IMG/VR virus record: IMGVR_UViG_3300009285_001996
Length of the DNA stretch: 64,000 bases
From: a virus
Direction: 5' to 3' (one strand)
The notes below the pieces were generated by a model, which saw only the letters and a list, made by a program, of their open reading frames with translations, was not told where the DNA came from and ran no database searches. Both the position numbers and the translations under genes were made by a program. Position 1 is the stretch's first letter; the number at the start of each line of letters is the position of its first letter. Below, in pieces: positions 38,701 through 48,796 of the stretch.

Positions 38701-41465
38701 CCCAATGCACTACCAGCGGCTTGTTTTCTTGCCTCTCCTTTTATATTGGTCGATTTTTCGTTTGGATTTAATACACCACTCATTTGTAGTGCAAACATAG
38801 CGCCCAAACTATAATTACCTATATTCCTACCAATTCCACTCAACTTACCTCCTGCCCATCTTCCAACACCACCAATTCCAGCCCCCAAATTCCCCATCAA
38901 CCCCCGTTTGCTTTGATTTCTAATCTGTTGGGTTAACACACGTTGAGCGGCAACGTAGGCATCGGCAGCATTTCCCCCTTGCAAAATCACCCTGTCATAC
39001 ATTCGCATTGAACGTTGAACTAAGGTTTCCTGCCTAGCTAATCCTTTAGTTGTCTCCATGCTTAAACCAATCATTTGTGTTCTTTTCGCCATCATTGACG
39101 AAAGTTGTTTTTCGGACATTCCTCGGGATTGAGCAAACTGAGTTAAGGCTGGACCACCAAGTTGTTGTCTAGTTTGTAATCCAACTCCTAAAAATTGTTG
39201 ACCAACATTTCTAGTAGTGTATTGAAATTGGGAGTTGGAAACTCCAGAGGGGGCAACGGCACCACTGGCATATCTCTGTTGGTATTGTCGTATTCTAGCG
39301 GCAGCCACGTTTGCTTGTCGTCCTTGGGTACCTTGTACTGGAATTTGCTGAGAAGATATATCCTCCAAATTAACTGATGGTCTACCTAATGCTCTACCTA
39401 GAGACATCGAATTAACATACCGCATTCTCCTACTACGAAAACCACTTCCACCAGTCAAAATGTTTGGTGGTTTAATACCTATGTCTGTAGAACTAATTGA
39501 TTGAGAATAAATATTCTGCGGCATCGCCACCGCTGTTGTACTAGTCAAATGCGCGAATTGTTGAATTGACGCCACTCTAGTTTTAGCAATACTAACAGAT
39601 AATTTCCTTTGCTGTTCTTCTTGTTGTAATAATTGTTGAGCCGCGTATTTTTCCTCGCCTAATTGTTTCTTTCTTGCCGCAAGTATTACGGAAATATCAG
39701 ATAATTTAGCACTACCAATACCACCTCCTTTGAGTGGACCGCCTGTAGCCATCTTTTTAGCCCCAAAAACCTTCCCCATAGCCCTCTTCCTAATCACGTA
39801 AGAACCAGCAGGAAGTGTAGTGTTGTAAGAGTCCGTGTCACCAATACCGGGAACAACTGCGATACCAGTTTTATCGACTCTATTTAATCTATCTAATGCG
39901 GCTAACCCTACCTTATTCACGGTAGCTGGATTTGTAATTACGCCCTCTCCAGGCATAAGCTTTACAGGGACGGAACCGCCCCTAGCATAACCAACACGCC
40001 CCCCCTGAGCTTTATGTGAAGTCATAACTCCAGAATACAAATTTTTACCAAATGGTAGAACTGCTCTAGCAAGTTTCATAGCCCCCAAAGCTGTAAGCAG
40101 GGGAATTGCTGGTGTAATAGCGTTAGCTAATGAGATAAATGCTTTAGCCAACTCTAAAATAGTAGATGTAATAGCCTTGAAACTTTGCGTTCCCACTATA
40201 TCTCTCATTAAGGCTAAGAACTCTTCTCGCACTTTCTGTAATTGAACCGACAGAGTTTGGAGAACTTCCTCGTATCCCCCTAAGCCAGACTTGCGACCCT
40301 CTAATGCTACCTGTAATGCTGGTTCTGCCCTTGTCTGAAATTGTTGTATCAACGGAATAACATTTCTAAGTTGACGGAATCCACCAAGTTCTTCAACAAT
40401 CTTGGCGTAAACTTCACTTCTGGTGTCTGTTTCGGCTAACGCCTTATTTAATCGGCGAACAGCCTCATATGGTCCAACGAATAAACCGTTTGCGTCTCTC
40501 AACTGAATATTCATATCCCTCAACATGTTAATTAGACTAGCTCGTTGTAATCTAGCAATAATCGTGTTAAAGCCAGTCGCAATAGACTCGGCGGACGCTC
40601 GGGTGGTAGACCTAACAGCAGTAAACAGTGCTAGTAATTCCTCTAGACTCCCCCCCGCACTCTTAAATGAACCTCCCGCCCTCCTTATCAACGCAATTAA
40701 ATCTGGAAATTCCACAGCGAAAGCGGCAGATACAGCATCTAGAGAACCAAATACTCCCTTTAAATCATTGGCTTGTTTACCAAACTGTCCAAAAACAGCA
40801 ATTGCGGCTTCAGCAGCACTTTGCATATCGACGAAAGTAGGAGTTAAAGAAGCTTCGGCTATTGCCTCCAACGCCGTCTTAACTTGTTGAGCGTTTTGCC
40901 CAGCCTGTGCCAAAATCATTGAAACCTTAACTAACTCATTTGAAGAAGTGCCAAATTTTGTGCTCAACCTTGTAATTTCATCAGATAAGAATTTTAGGGT
41001 GGCAATAGGTCTACCCCCAACCTGAGCGACCTTTACTAACTCTCGTTCAAATTCAATAGCAGCTTTGACGCCTTTAGAAAAAGCGCCTACAGCACCCAAA
41101 ATTGGTGTTGCTACTACAGTAAATGCAGCAAACCGTTTGATAGCCAGCCCAGCAGAATATCCGAACTTTTCAGTTAAACTAGTTAATTCAGCCGTGGCAG
41201 CAGAATGTCCCCTTATAGCCGAAGTAGTAGATTTAGAGGCTGCGCCGTATGCTGTAGTAGCCGCCGTTAACTTTTGAACAGCATTACCAGCTAAAACGGT
41301 CTGATTTGTTAATCCCTTTAGGTTACTCTTAGCCTGAGTCGATGTCTTAACATTTATATTAGCGGAGATATTCCTAACGGCATTCCTAATACTATTTGCT
41401 ACACTACTGAGTTCGGCAGAAGTTGGACCCAGCAATCTTATCTTAGCCTGAATGTTAAATGACAT
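35799..41465 (-). CDS. tape measure protein
   Basis: ~1888 aa, helical and Ala/Gly/Gln-rich; TP901-like core (EFERELVKV..LTPTF); FASGG..VPAMLTRGEYV motifs. Confidence 0.92.
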   Translation of the reverse strand: MSFNIQAKIRLLGPTSAELSSVANSIRNAVRNISANINVKTSTQAKSNLKGLTNQTVLAGNAVQKLTAATTAYGAASKSTTSAIRGHSAATAELTSLTEKFGYSAGLAIKRFAAFTVVATPILGAVGAFSKGVKAAIEFERELVKVAQVGGRPIATLKFLSDEITRLSTKFGTSSNELVKVSMILAQAGQNAQQVKTALEAIAEASLTPTFVDMQSAAEAAIAVFGQFGKQANDLKGVFGSLDAVSAAFAVEFPDLIALIRRAGGSFKSAGGSLEELLALFTAVRSTTRASAESIATGFNTIIARLQRASLINMLRDMNIQLRDANGLFVGPYEAVRRLNKALAETDTRSEVYAKIVEELGGFRQLRNVIPLIQQFQTRAEPALQVALEGRKSGLGGYEEVLQTLSVQLQKVREEFLALMRDIVGTQSFKAITSTILELAKAFISLANAITPAIPLLTALGAMKLARAVLPFGKNLYSGVMTSHKAQGGRVGYARGGSVPVKLMPGEGVITNPATVNKVGLAALDRLNRVDKTGIAVVPGIGDTDSYNTTLPAGSYVIRKRAMGKVFGAKKMATGGPLKGGGIGSAKLSDISVILAARKKQLGEEKYAAQQLLQQEEQQRKLSVSIAKTRVASIQQFAHLTSTTAVAMPQNIYSQSISSTDIGIKPPNILTGGSGFRSRRMRYVNSMSLGRALGRPSVNLEDISSQQIPVQGTQGRQANVAAARIRQYQQRYASGAVAPSGVSNSQFQYTTRNVGQQFLGVGLQTRQQLGGPALTQFAQSRGMSEKQLSSMMAKRTQMIGLSMETTKGLARQETLVQRSMRMYDRVILQGGNAADAYVAAQRVLTQQIRNQSKRGLMGNLGAGIGGVGRWAGGKLSGIGRNIGNYSLGAMFALQMSGVLNPNEKSTNIKGEARKQAAGSALGGAFIGGMVAGPWGAVIAGTITGMASFENAMLDLEKKIADEQVSSSLSNLSDAVDRYSKGILSKAGMQAAERRFAEAGSRQDEALKRQQEGGFANLGGFLKSGIVGMFSKKTYDELEAERNAPKAEALFYQQEDRLVSQAALLEPELQKAAMGMGRKDFEEKYLGKIITVAKSRLSYEESQKGGAVTKQAKSEVDTIFAVKGVQQAIDKVNKQFTAVETMASSLAKAFSTARDSVKGFQSSLDITAGVFSGQIGFKASTYQEDVFKNRALMPTQFGATVGGVGSRYNIPKSLQTMAIEGNVIQAKLSGVLENIGNMIEGEGTGAVTIEDAIAREFGGSISGGAVSLLVGQISELLVSREQGAGLAELRGMSVKDREGLSQRITSRWEGISQLFEEFVKQEREVYQEYIDNLSQAANLQKQIIEVQSKLYNLDLNMVRVRAQRKFEDFQSGTSTDIGGVARAFRAQQFRITGMAGSTDARTLIQQLRNLPAQLQQANADYLNLSANPNASREDITNAGKKIVELQLATDRARQGLINLADSTEVLSEVQRRLSELQKSEENRFDLFTRYYSGSASDRRNLTREIQAGQMVAQRGGFEGLSIRQQQLAIRGLQSTGELSGVTGRTGNQVLRGIFKGGPFAGLGGGVDDEIEKTGLRKMEDVLMANQRDAVSGLSGVLTDSFSLFLAGLEIKQEKLFANLNTFAQNIANRGFASGGTVRGPGGIDKVPAMLTRGEYVVNADKANKYRVMLDAINRGGVSMMAGGGITDYEEWKRNRPPLPILVSPAYPGRDIGVGGGVLTPSQRMKFIGRQSKEQIEKNLGRTSADERLKRLGREPDENIRRQNLFMQRSGFVPQQQPINDLRRALPPRGLPDAINPALTRDTSALGGSLTNFSTSLERLTKDWKEIVSTMPTTVSHEINIGEHNVTVAGGNGIVQAIADEVVRRMKADGGNAALRGGDLPPNNRNVPKP

Positions 41466-41483
41466 ATCTAACTCCACTATATA

Positions 41484-42332
41484 TTATGCAGGAGGATTAG
41501 GGATAGTATTTTGATCTTCGCCACCCCCGCCGTTTGTTTTAACTATCGGATTTCCGTCCTCATCTAGAAATGGCTGTTTTTCCACCGCATAATTGCCGTC
41601 CTTATCAATCGGATTTCCGTTAACGTCAAGACGAACACCGTTTTCATCCACAATAAATCCATCCTCATCTATTAGGTTGCCCTTCTCATCCACTAATTTT
41701 CCCTGCTTATCCACCAATCGTAATTTATCATCAATAAATCCCCACTCTCGCAAAAACTTATTTTCTGGCAATCCAGCCTCTAAATTCTCGTCATGTTTAT
41801 TTATTAGAGAACTAAACTTGATAGCCGCCATTAACCCCATTTCTTCATTTATATGGGAATAATAATCGTCTAATGTTTTAAAATATAAATCACCACTATC
41901 ATTATAAACCAAACATCTTTGTACTTGAAAATTAAACCTAGCGTTATCCGCCTGTGATTCAGCCGTATTGGTTTCCATAACAACCCGCTCCGCCATCAAC
42001 CGTTGCCATTGAATACGGTAATCTCGCATTTTTAAGGCAATTTCTCTACCCTCAGACAATTTAATACCACCCTTATCCAACTTATATTCGGCAGCTAAAA
42101 TATCCTTGCGAAGTCGCTCATAATCTTGTTGTTTAGTGTCATCCCAAATTCCCCGCTTACGCATTTCTTGCTCTAGCTCTTGCTGTATAATAACGCCCGC
42201 GCGTAGCAGTTTATTGAAAGTCCTACCATACTCTATGTTGGCTTCCTGCATCACTTGTGCAGAAGGTTTAATGACAGCTAATTCCACGTCTTTACCTTCG
42301 ACATTAACTGTAAATACTTCTTTAGTTTTCAT
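41484..42332 (-). CDS. putative tail assembly chaperone
   Basis: acidic helical 282 aa directly upstream of TMP. Confidence 0.45.
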   Translation of the reverse strand: MKTKEVFTVNVEGKDVELAVIKPSAQVMQEANIEYGRTFNKLLRAGVIIQQELEQEMRKRGIWDDTKQQDYERLRKDILAAEYKLDKGGIKLSEGREIALKMRDYRIQWQRLMAERVVMETNTAESQADNARFNFQVQRCLVYNDSGDLYFKTLDDYYSHINEEMGLMAAIKFSSLINKHDENLEAGLPENKFLREWGFIDDKLRLVDKQGKLVDEKGNLIDEDGFIVDENGVRLDVNGNPIDKDGNYAVEKQPFLDEDGNPIVKTNGGGGEDQNTIPNPPA

Positions 42333-42385
42333 GCTAATTCTCCTACATTATCCTTTTCTAATTTATAAACGTATGTACTAAACAA

Positions 42386-42745
42386 CTACTTAATTACCAC
42401 TGGCATTTCTATACTATATTTCTTCCACGAAATTGTATGATTTTCAATCTCATTTAATAAACCGCGTAGCTGAGAGTGTCCCTTATCCAAAATCTCGGTG
42501 CGGGCACGCTGCCAAATCTCAAACCACCTATCTTGTTCATCATTGTTTGGCCCACCTTCTTCCTGCCCCCATAGAAATCCAAACGCCTTTTCAAATACAT
42601 CCAAAGAGCCAATGAAAGCGGTTGTCATCTTCGTGCTACAAATTTTCTCCAACCTCTTCTTACAATCGTCCAAGTATTTCTGCTCGCGGGATTCCTTCTG
42701 CTTTTTCTGTAATTGTTTTAACTGTGAAAAACTTAAATCGTCCAT
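42386..42745 (-). CDS. hypothetical protein
   Basis: 119 aa, AAGGAG RBS. Confidence 0.6.
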   Translation of the reverse strand: MDDLSFSQLKQLQKKQKESREQKYLDDCKKRLEKICSTKMTTAFIGSLDVFEKAFGFLWGQEEGGPNNDEQDRWFEIWQRARTEILDKGHSQLRGLLNEIENHTISWKKYSIEMPVVIK

Positions 42746-42779
42746 TTTTACACTCCTTACGTTAAATTATTATCCACCA

Positions 42780-43781
42780 TTATTTCATTAACTGTTGTTG
42801 CGCCTGCATACGAATCTTTAATTTAGAGTCGGGTAAATCCTCCTCTTTTACGGTTCCTAACTTTTGTATAACCCTCATTCTTTGTTGTTTGGTTGATTTA
42901 GCAGGGGAAGTGTTTAGGTCGTTTATTCGGGCGGCTTCGTCAACGGTGGACACTGGTATAAAAACTTCTCCATGCCCGCTAAACTTTTCCTGCTGTTTCT
43001 GTTTTTGTTCTTCTTTATGTCGTTTATGTTGCCAAATTAACCAACCATCTAATAAATCGTCGTCATTTATAACAGCTTCAGGCGGGGGTTCTGCACTATC
43101 TCGTATTCTATCATAAGAATTTGACCACGATAATAATGACAACTGGGATTGACATAATTTATAGGTGGGCAACCCGAATAGTTGTGTACTATCTTTACTC
43201 GCCCCCCACATCCTCTGCCATAAATCACAGCGGGCAATTCCTCGTATAATATTGTCGTCTAATATGGAATTAATATATTCGTTACACAAACTCATTGATA
43301 AAGCCCCATCGCACCTAAATGGGTCAACTTCGCAACCCACACATGCCACATACTGATTTCTTGCAAACCTAGCTATACTCTCTGCCGAATACATTATCAA
43401 AGATTGTTTTTTGGTTAATAACACCTCAATCTTGTCTCTAATGCCAACTATTGACTGTCGTATTTTGTCTAGTGGTTTAAATGCAGAGAAAGTATCGTAT
43501 AATTGTAGTTTTAGATTATCAAGTAATTCTATTGTCTTATTCAACTCTCTATCGCTGTCTCGTTCGTATAAACTCTTCTTTATGTATATATCTAACTGTT
43601 GTTGTTCTGTTGGTATATCTAAAAAAACAGCCCGTTTGAATGTATTATCGTAAATAGTTTCCGCAATATATAATTGCTGGGGCGGCGGTTGCTCAAATCT
43701 ATAGGTCGAGCCACCATATTCACACCTGAACCCCCCATCTAAAATCTGATATAAATATTTTGTAATTTCCCGTTCATCCAC
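42780..43781 (-). CDS. hypothetical protein between tail tube and TMP (possible chaperone)
   Basis: 333 aa, GGTG RBS, position. Confidence 0.55.
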   Translation of the reverse strand: MDEREITKYLYQILDGGFRCEYGGSTYRFEQPPPQQLYIAETIYDNTFKRAVFLDIPTEQQQLDIYIKKSLYERDSDRELNKTIELLDNLKLQLYDTFSAFKPLDKIRQSIVGIRDKIEVLLTKKQSLIMYSAESIARFARNQYVACVGCEVDPFRCDGALSMSLCNEYINSILDDNIIRGIARCDLWQRMWGASKDSTQLFGLPTYKLCQSQLSLLSWSNSYDRIRDSAEPPPEAVINDDDLLDGWLIWQHKRHKEEQKQKQQEKFSGHGEVFIPVSTVDEAARINDLNTSPAKSTKQQRMRVIQKLGTVKEEDLPDSKLKIRMQAQQQLMK

Positions 43782-43793
43782 ACCACTAATATC

Positions 43794-43994
43794 CTAAATT
43801 TTATTACTTAATTGTTGTTCCAATATAAACTTTTCCATTTTGAGAGATTCAACACTTTGAGATAATTCCTCGACCCGTTTTTGCAGGGGAAGTATCAATG
43901 ATTGTATTTCGCGGTCCTTATCTAGAATGGCGTGATTTGACTCTACCACCAACCGCCCCACTAATAGGTGGATTTCCTCATTGGTAATGTTCAT
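43794..43994 (-). CDS. small coiled-coil protein
   Basis: ATG at 43994 after AGGA; heptad pattern. Confidence 0.5.
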   Translation of the reverse strand: MNITNEEIHLLVGRLVVESNHAILDKDREIQSLILPLQKRVEELSQSVESLKMEKFILEQQLSNKI

Positions 43995-44036
43995 ATTCAG
44001 ATTCCTACTAAATTGTGATTGCGTTAGTATCGCCAA

Positions 44037-44073
44037 TAAAAAAGCCCGCACCAATAATCAACTGGTCGGGCTT
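44037..44073 (-). terminator. Rho-independent terminator after the tail tube gene
   Basis: AAGCCCG-ACCA..TGGT-GCGGGCTT stem followed by a T run on the - strand. Confidence 0.75.
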
Positions 44074-44166
44074 GTACTTTTTATTTGCGCACGACCACAT
44101 TCCTTAAATGGTCTACTATCTTCTACCTACATCCTACCTACTATCCACACACTAAAATCACCAACC

Positions 44167-45267
44167 TTAGAAACCGCCTGGAGGATTAAACGCCGCTTCA
44201 GCTACTCTTGGGTCTTGAGGGTGATATACACTCATTGAGTTGAAATTGTTATATGTATAAGTCACCTCTACGTTGCCACCATTTGCGTCTCCACCAGTTT
44301 GCCCAACACTAGCCAGTTTGTTATTTGTGCCCAAATCAATATGTAAACCTTCGCACATCTTAATATAAATTGCTTGGTTAACTAAGTTATCACTACCGCC
44401 ACATCCCGTACTAACATCCTCTGTAGCGTCAATTTGATCGCCACTCGCACTAGTCATACTAATTTCGGTAGTAACCTGAATCGGGAAGTTTACAAATCGG
44501 AAATATGGACCCTTGCGGCCTAACTCGAATAGGTCTTCCCTACCTAAATCAACGCTAACCGACAAATTCTGTAAGTGAGAACTATAATCGCCGTCAGCCT
44601 GTAGTGCTACATAACCAGAGCCAGTACCCAAACTGACAACACCTGGAAGTTCGCTGGGGAACAATGAACCCGTCGCCCCAAGTAGTACGTCTTCTCGTCT
44701 ATTGACACCACCAGAACCACCAATTGCAAGCGGTTGATCGTCGTTATCAGCAAATGGGTCATCAGCAAAGGTTAGGGCGTCACCTACCCCCCATGCCTTA
44801 TTATTACCAACCAAAGTAATACTTTCCGTGCAATTCCCGTTCACGGGCATGTTATAAGCAACAGAGCTTACATATAATCCAGAAACATTTACCGAAGCAC
44901 CAGGAGTATAAGTGACATCACTAGCAGAATTAACCGTGTCGGAGAAAATTTGCATACCTAGAGTACAACGAGCGGTAGAACGTCCCGTTAGAGATGCAGA
45001 AGTAGACCCGCCCGCCCCAGACTGTTGAGTAGCTAGCAAATAAACTGGACAATAACCGTCTAGTAACTTTTCGGTAGTGACCTGAACGTCTGGATTACCC
45101 TCGATATTTTCATAGATTTCTAATTGACCAACCTCAAACGCCTGTTCTAGATTAAACGTGGTAGTCATACCCACGGATTGTAGACCTCGAACAGTTGTGA
45201 AGTTTGGGTCGCCCATCGGGGCTATACCCGCACGATATACGGCATAAAATAAACGCCTATTTGCCAT
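44167..45267 (-). CDS. major tail (tube) protein
   Basis: GLQSVGMTTTFNLEQAFEVGQLEIYEN; DLGREDLFELG..R.VNFP; own promoter motif and terminator. Confidence 0.7.
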   Translation of the reverse strand: MANRRLFYAVYRAGIAPMGDPNFTTVRGLQSVGMTTTFNLEQAFEVGQLEIYENIEGNPDVQVTTEKLLDGYCPVYLLATQQSGAGGSTSASLTGRSTARCTLGMQIFSDTVNSASDVTYTPGASVNVSGLYVSSVAYNMPVNGNCTESITLVGNNKAWGVGDALTFADDPFADNDDQPLAIGGSGGVNRREDVLLGATGSLFPSELPGVVSLGTGSGYVALQADGDYSSHLQNLSVSVDLGREDLFELGRKGPYFRFVNFPIQVTTEISMTSASGDQIDATEDVSTGCGGSDNLVNQAIYIKMCEGLHIDLGTNNKLASVGQTGGDANGGNVEVTYTYNNFNSMSVYHPQDPRVAEAAFNPPGGF

Positions 45268-45342
45268 TTTTACTCTCCCTTAAAGGATATTCCAAGATAA
45301 TAATATATGTGTAACGGGTCTATATTTTTAGGACTGTCACTC

Positions 45343-45352
45343 TAATATACAC
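45343..45352 (-). promoter_or_regulatory. putative late promoter motif GTGTATATTA
   Basis: intergenic, upstream of the tail tube gene. Confidence 0.5.
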
Positions 45353-45440
45353 CGCAAGTCGGGCTAATCTTGTGATATTTTGGTAAAACTATACGTTTGG
45401 CGACACAACGGTTTATTTACTACAGTACAATCTTCTCGTA

Positions 45441-46406
45441 TTAAATTTCGTGCAAAATAATCTCAAAAGTGGTCGTCACAGTAGACCTATATAGCCAATT
45501 ATTATTGCTATCAACAGTTTCCTTGGAAGTATTTCTAAATTGAATTTTTCTCCACTGCCATGTCTCGTCAGACACTATATCAGGATATTGAATGGGTGAG
45601 TCTACAAGACTTCCTAAATAATTTATATCATAGGGGTAAACTCCACTTTCTTTCATCAACGCCCGATTAGCAATCCATATAGTCTTATCATTTTGTCTGG
45701 CTATAATATCTGTGATCTGATCGCGTTCAAAAGAGTTATCGGCAAAAATATAGAATTTAGCCGAGATATGCCCGTATTGACCACCCCCTATCTGATATGG
45801 AGAAAAAGTACCAACTGGTACAACTCTCACGCCCACGCACGGAAGTTGCACCCTATAATCACCTAAGTAGTTCCACGCTCCCGAGCCAGCCACATCAAAA
45901 TCAGATTTATCAACCCGAAAAGACTCATACATTAAATTTCTAATATACGGGTGTTCCACCTCAACTACGTTTACCGTTCTATGGCTAAACTCTTCCTGCA
46001 CTAATAAAGTTGATGATTTTGCACTATTAAATACTACTCTACCCCTCGGGTAGTCTATATAATGACCGTAAGTTGCGTCCGCTGGTCCATAAAAAGTACC
46101 ACCAACCTGCACGCCTGATATTACCAACGGTTGAGTAGAATAATCTAATCCGCTCTCCCAAACCCAATCTCCACGAAATCCCTCCCAAACTTGATAGTTG
46201 TTAAATCGCGGGTCTGAGACTGGTCGTAAATAAGACTTATTCCCGCCGTACACGCCCGAAACGCCAGTTGTTATATTTTGGAATGCCCCCACCTCCAAAA
46301 ACCCATAGCGCAAGAAATCTACTACACCGTGCAGGAGATTTTGAGTCTCTAAATCACGATATACTTGCTGTACGCCTTTGAATTTAGTGTAAGTAGGCTG
46401 GGTCAT
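45441..46406 (-). CDS. tail terminator/completion-like protein
   Basis: position before the tail tube gene; LPCVGV..beta-rich C-terminus. Confidence 0.5.
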   Translation of the reverse strand: MTQPTYTKFKGVQQVYRDLETQNLLHGVVDFLRYGFLEVGAFQNITTGVSGVYGGNKSYLRPVSDPRFNNYQVWEGFRGDWVWESGLDYSTQPLVISGVQVGGTFYGPADATYGHYIDYPRGRVVFNSAKSSTLLVQEEFSHRTVNVVEVEHPYIRNLMYESFRVDKSDFDVAGSGAWNYLGDYRVQLPCVGVRVVPVGTFSPYQIGGGQYGHISAKFYIFADNSFERDQITDIIARQNDKTIWIANRALMKESGVYPYDINYLGSLVDSPIQYPDIVSDETWQWRKIQFRNTSKETVDSNNNWLYRSTVTTTFEIILHEI

Positions 46407-46409
46407 ATA

Positions 46410-47075
46410 TTATGTGAATATTTGAGCAAAAGTTCGTTCCATCAATGGTACAAATTCCTTTTCCCTGTGATAAATGGCTCTAGTAACAAAATTATCATTT
46501 AAAGTTCCCTGATGCGAATCTGGTATGTAATATGGTATATTCTCATCGCCCGTTTTTCTCATCAACATAGCGCCAGTACGAGAATACTCACTATCAACAT
46601 AATATGAAATATATCCCTTTAAGATTGCTTCGCCACCCCTAGTTAGCAACCATCTTAACCAATCTACTTCTTTGGGACCTTCTTTGCCGTGCGATGTATA
46701 TTTAGCCAATGTCATTACGTCTTCATAGGACGCCTCAATTGCTCTAATTTCTATTTCAACACTAAGTTCGCCACTTTTTATACCAATGCTAGTAACCGTC
46801 ACAATCACACTCTCTTCCCACACGGCTAAAATTTGCTTCAAAGCAGCCGCTTCGGCTGGCCCTAAACCTAGTTCAAATCTCAAATCATCATATACTTCTA
46901 GTTCTCGCCATGTAGGGGAATTTTTAACGACGTTCACCACCCAAATTTTTACCTCTCGTGTAAGCCTTTCTGTTAATACTTTTAATTTTGCCTCTACATA
47001 TATTTTTATCTCTTTGGCTATGTTATTCGATATGGTTTTATCACTATCAATAACCTCTAATATAATAGCGGACAT
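46410..47075 (-). CDS. neck protein (HK97 gp10-like position)
   Basis: WLRWLL..G..NFVTRA; synteny. Confidence 0.5.
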   Translation of the reverse strand: MSAIILEVIDSDKTISNNIAKEIKIYVEAKLKVLTERLTREVKIWVVNVVKNSPTWRELEVYDDLRFELGLGPAEAAALKQILAVWEESVIVTVTSIGIKSGELSVEIEIRAIEASYEDVMTLAKYTSHGKEGPKEVDWLRWLLTRGGEAILKGYISYYVDSEYSRTGAMLMRKTGDENIPYYIPDSHQGTLNDNFVTRAIYHREKEFVPLMERTFAQIFT

Positions 47076-47084
47076 ATTCTTGTT

Positions 47085-47621
47085 TTATCCACCTGACCTT
47101 TGTAATAGTTGAATAAAATATCGGTCGTGACCTAAACCGTGTGGTTGCGGTCCACCGTCAAACTGATATTTCCATTGCTTGATTCCGCGTAAGGGAGAAT
47201 TAACAACAATTTCTACCGCTCTCTGAAATTTAGGCAAATCAGATATGTAGGCTATTAAATAGGCTTTTCCGTCTGGGTTTGCTAGTCGAACTTCCAATGA
47301 TAAATATTTGGAGGGTTTAGCGTAAAATCGTACTCGCACAGCCTCCTCTTGGGGTATTGTTAGACGACCTTCCCCCCCACAAAATGGGCAGAGAGTACCA
47401 GTGGTAAACGGATAAAGTCCACCACTTTTATATATTCCACTAGAGCGATTGGTTTGGGGTGAATATATACAGTTTTCGCACTCATCGTGTTTTGGCGGGT
47501 AAATCAACTTACAGACGGTAGCATCATTACTATCGAGTAACGAATCGGCTATCCACTTATATTCATTTATAAGAGCGTCGGGAACTGAAAACGCTGTTCT
47601 GTGCGGAAATAATCCAGACAT
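47085..47621 (-). CDS. head closure/stopper-like protein with Zn motifs
   Basis: CENC, CPFCGGEG; synteny. Confidence 0.5.
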   Translation of the reverse strand: MSGLFPHRTAFSVPDALINEYKWIADSLLDSNDATVCKLIYPPKHDECENCIYSPQTNRSSGIYKSGGLYPFTTGTLCPFCGGEGRLTIPQEEAVRVRFYAKPSKYLSLEVRLANPDGKAYLIAYISDLPKFQRAVEIVVNSPLRGIKQWKYQFDGGPQPHGLGHDRYFIQLLQRSGG

Positions 47622-47647
47622 ATAACTAAATTTATATTTGCAGGAGG

Positions 47648-47836
47648 TTAATAATAGGTAGGATTATCAAAGCGGTCTGTTAACCCCTGTTCTACCCCAG
47701 ATGGCGGCATTGGACTGCCCATATCCGCAATCCTATTTAGTGTGTCATACTCAAAGGGGGTTGCATGATTTACCGCCCTATTCCGCACTACCTCATCGCT
47801 TGTAATATACATACATACATCTTCGCCCAGGGGCAT
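47648..47836 (-). CDS. hypothetical protein
   Basis: 62 aa, GGAG RBS. Confidence 0.55.
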   Translation of the reverse strand: MPLGEDVCMYITSDEVVRNRAVNHATPFEYDTLNRIADMGSPMPPSGVEQGLTDRFDNPTYY

Positions 47837-47864
47837 GATTATTCTCCATTACTAAATTTTAAGG

Positions 47865-48386
47865 TTATGAAATAACATCTGTGTTAATTGGATATCTATA
47901 AAAACCAGCTTTTTCAGTATTTCCATCATATATAAATCGGTAGGGACCAACAATGGCTTGTCCAGGAGCGTGATTACCCGCTCTGTATTGTTTGACCGCC
48001 TCATTAAAGTTCTTTGTCATCTCTTTGGCTAAAGCCTGTTTTTCCGCAGATACACTCTTGGCATCTATGGAGGCGGCATCGTCTTTGAATGACATAGCCT
48101 TATTGGATGCTGTTCTCCACTCAGAAGTAAGTATAATTACCGCCGTTTTTAAGCATGTTAGATTGATAAAACCGTCGTCTTTCGTGTTAAGGGTAGGGTC
48201 TGGCGATAGAGTAATTTCGTCAACATCTATAGTATAGGATTGGGCAAAGTCTATTTCCCCTTTAAGGGTTTGCGCGGCTACCAAAACCAACTCTTGTAGT
48301 CGCACATTGGAGTATTCTGGATTGGTCTCATCAAAATCCCCCACTAAACCACGAACGATTTGCACTAATTCTATGTCCCAAGCCAT
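47865..48386 (-). CDS. head-tail adaptor-like protein
   Basis: helical N-terminus (VRGLVGD..YS..L), synteny. Confidence 0.55.
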   Translation of the reverse strand: MAWDIELVQIVRGLVGDFDETNPEYSNVRLQELVLVAAQTLKGEIDFAQSYTIDVDEITLSPDPTLNTKDDGFINLTCLKTAVIILTSEWRTASNKAMSFKDDAASIDAKSVSAEKQALAKEMTKNFNEAVKQYRAGNHAPGQAIVGPYRFIYDGNTEKAGFYRYPINTDVIS

Positions 48387-48390
48387 AATT

Positions 48391-48783
48391 TTATTCCTTT
48401 ACAAGTGTAACTTCGTACACATCGCTATTTTTACTTTTAGGATTTGCTGACACCGCCCTATATCCACTATTACCACTCTCTGCCGTTTTTAAGGCTTCGG
48501 ATTCACTGTTGGCGTTGATGTTTACTGTTTTAGTTCGTTTTGCCAACACTAATTCATTTACCACCATTGCCCCAACAATATCTCCGCTTTCGGCTAACAA
48601 GCTGGATGCTATCATCAATTCGTCTATTTCCCCCTTAGACATTTCCTGCTTAAATTTTTTTGGGTCAATAGCTATACCTTGACGTATTGCTCGTTTTTTA
48701 GCGTCTTTTTGTGTATAACAAGCCCCAGAGTCTCCCCATTTCCACCCGCTCTTTCCATCTTTGGTACATTTTTTCAGAGGCAT
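48391..48783 (-). CDS. hypothetical phage protein
   Basis: MPLKKC..GWKWG..CY..A.RQG N-terminal motif. Confidence 0.6.
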   Translation of the reverse strand: MPLKKCTKDGKSGWKWGDSGACYTQKDAKKRAIRQGIAIDPKKFKQEMSKGEIDELMIASSLLAESGDIVGAMVVNELVLAKRTKTVNINANSESEALKTAESGNSGYRAVSANPKSKNSDVYEVTLVKE

Positions 48784-48796
48784 ATTATCACTATCA

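Noticed and set aside
35551-41277. Long + strand ORFs antisense to TMP (e.g. 35551-36306, 38419-38814)
   Set aside because: These are shadow frames of a well-supported gene, without RBS or motifs.
41484-43781. Programmed -1 frameshift for a gpG/gpGT tail chaperone
   Set aside because: No convincing slippery heptamer with an open overlapping frame; the gene before TMP ends 18 nt from the TMP start.
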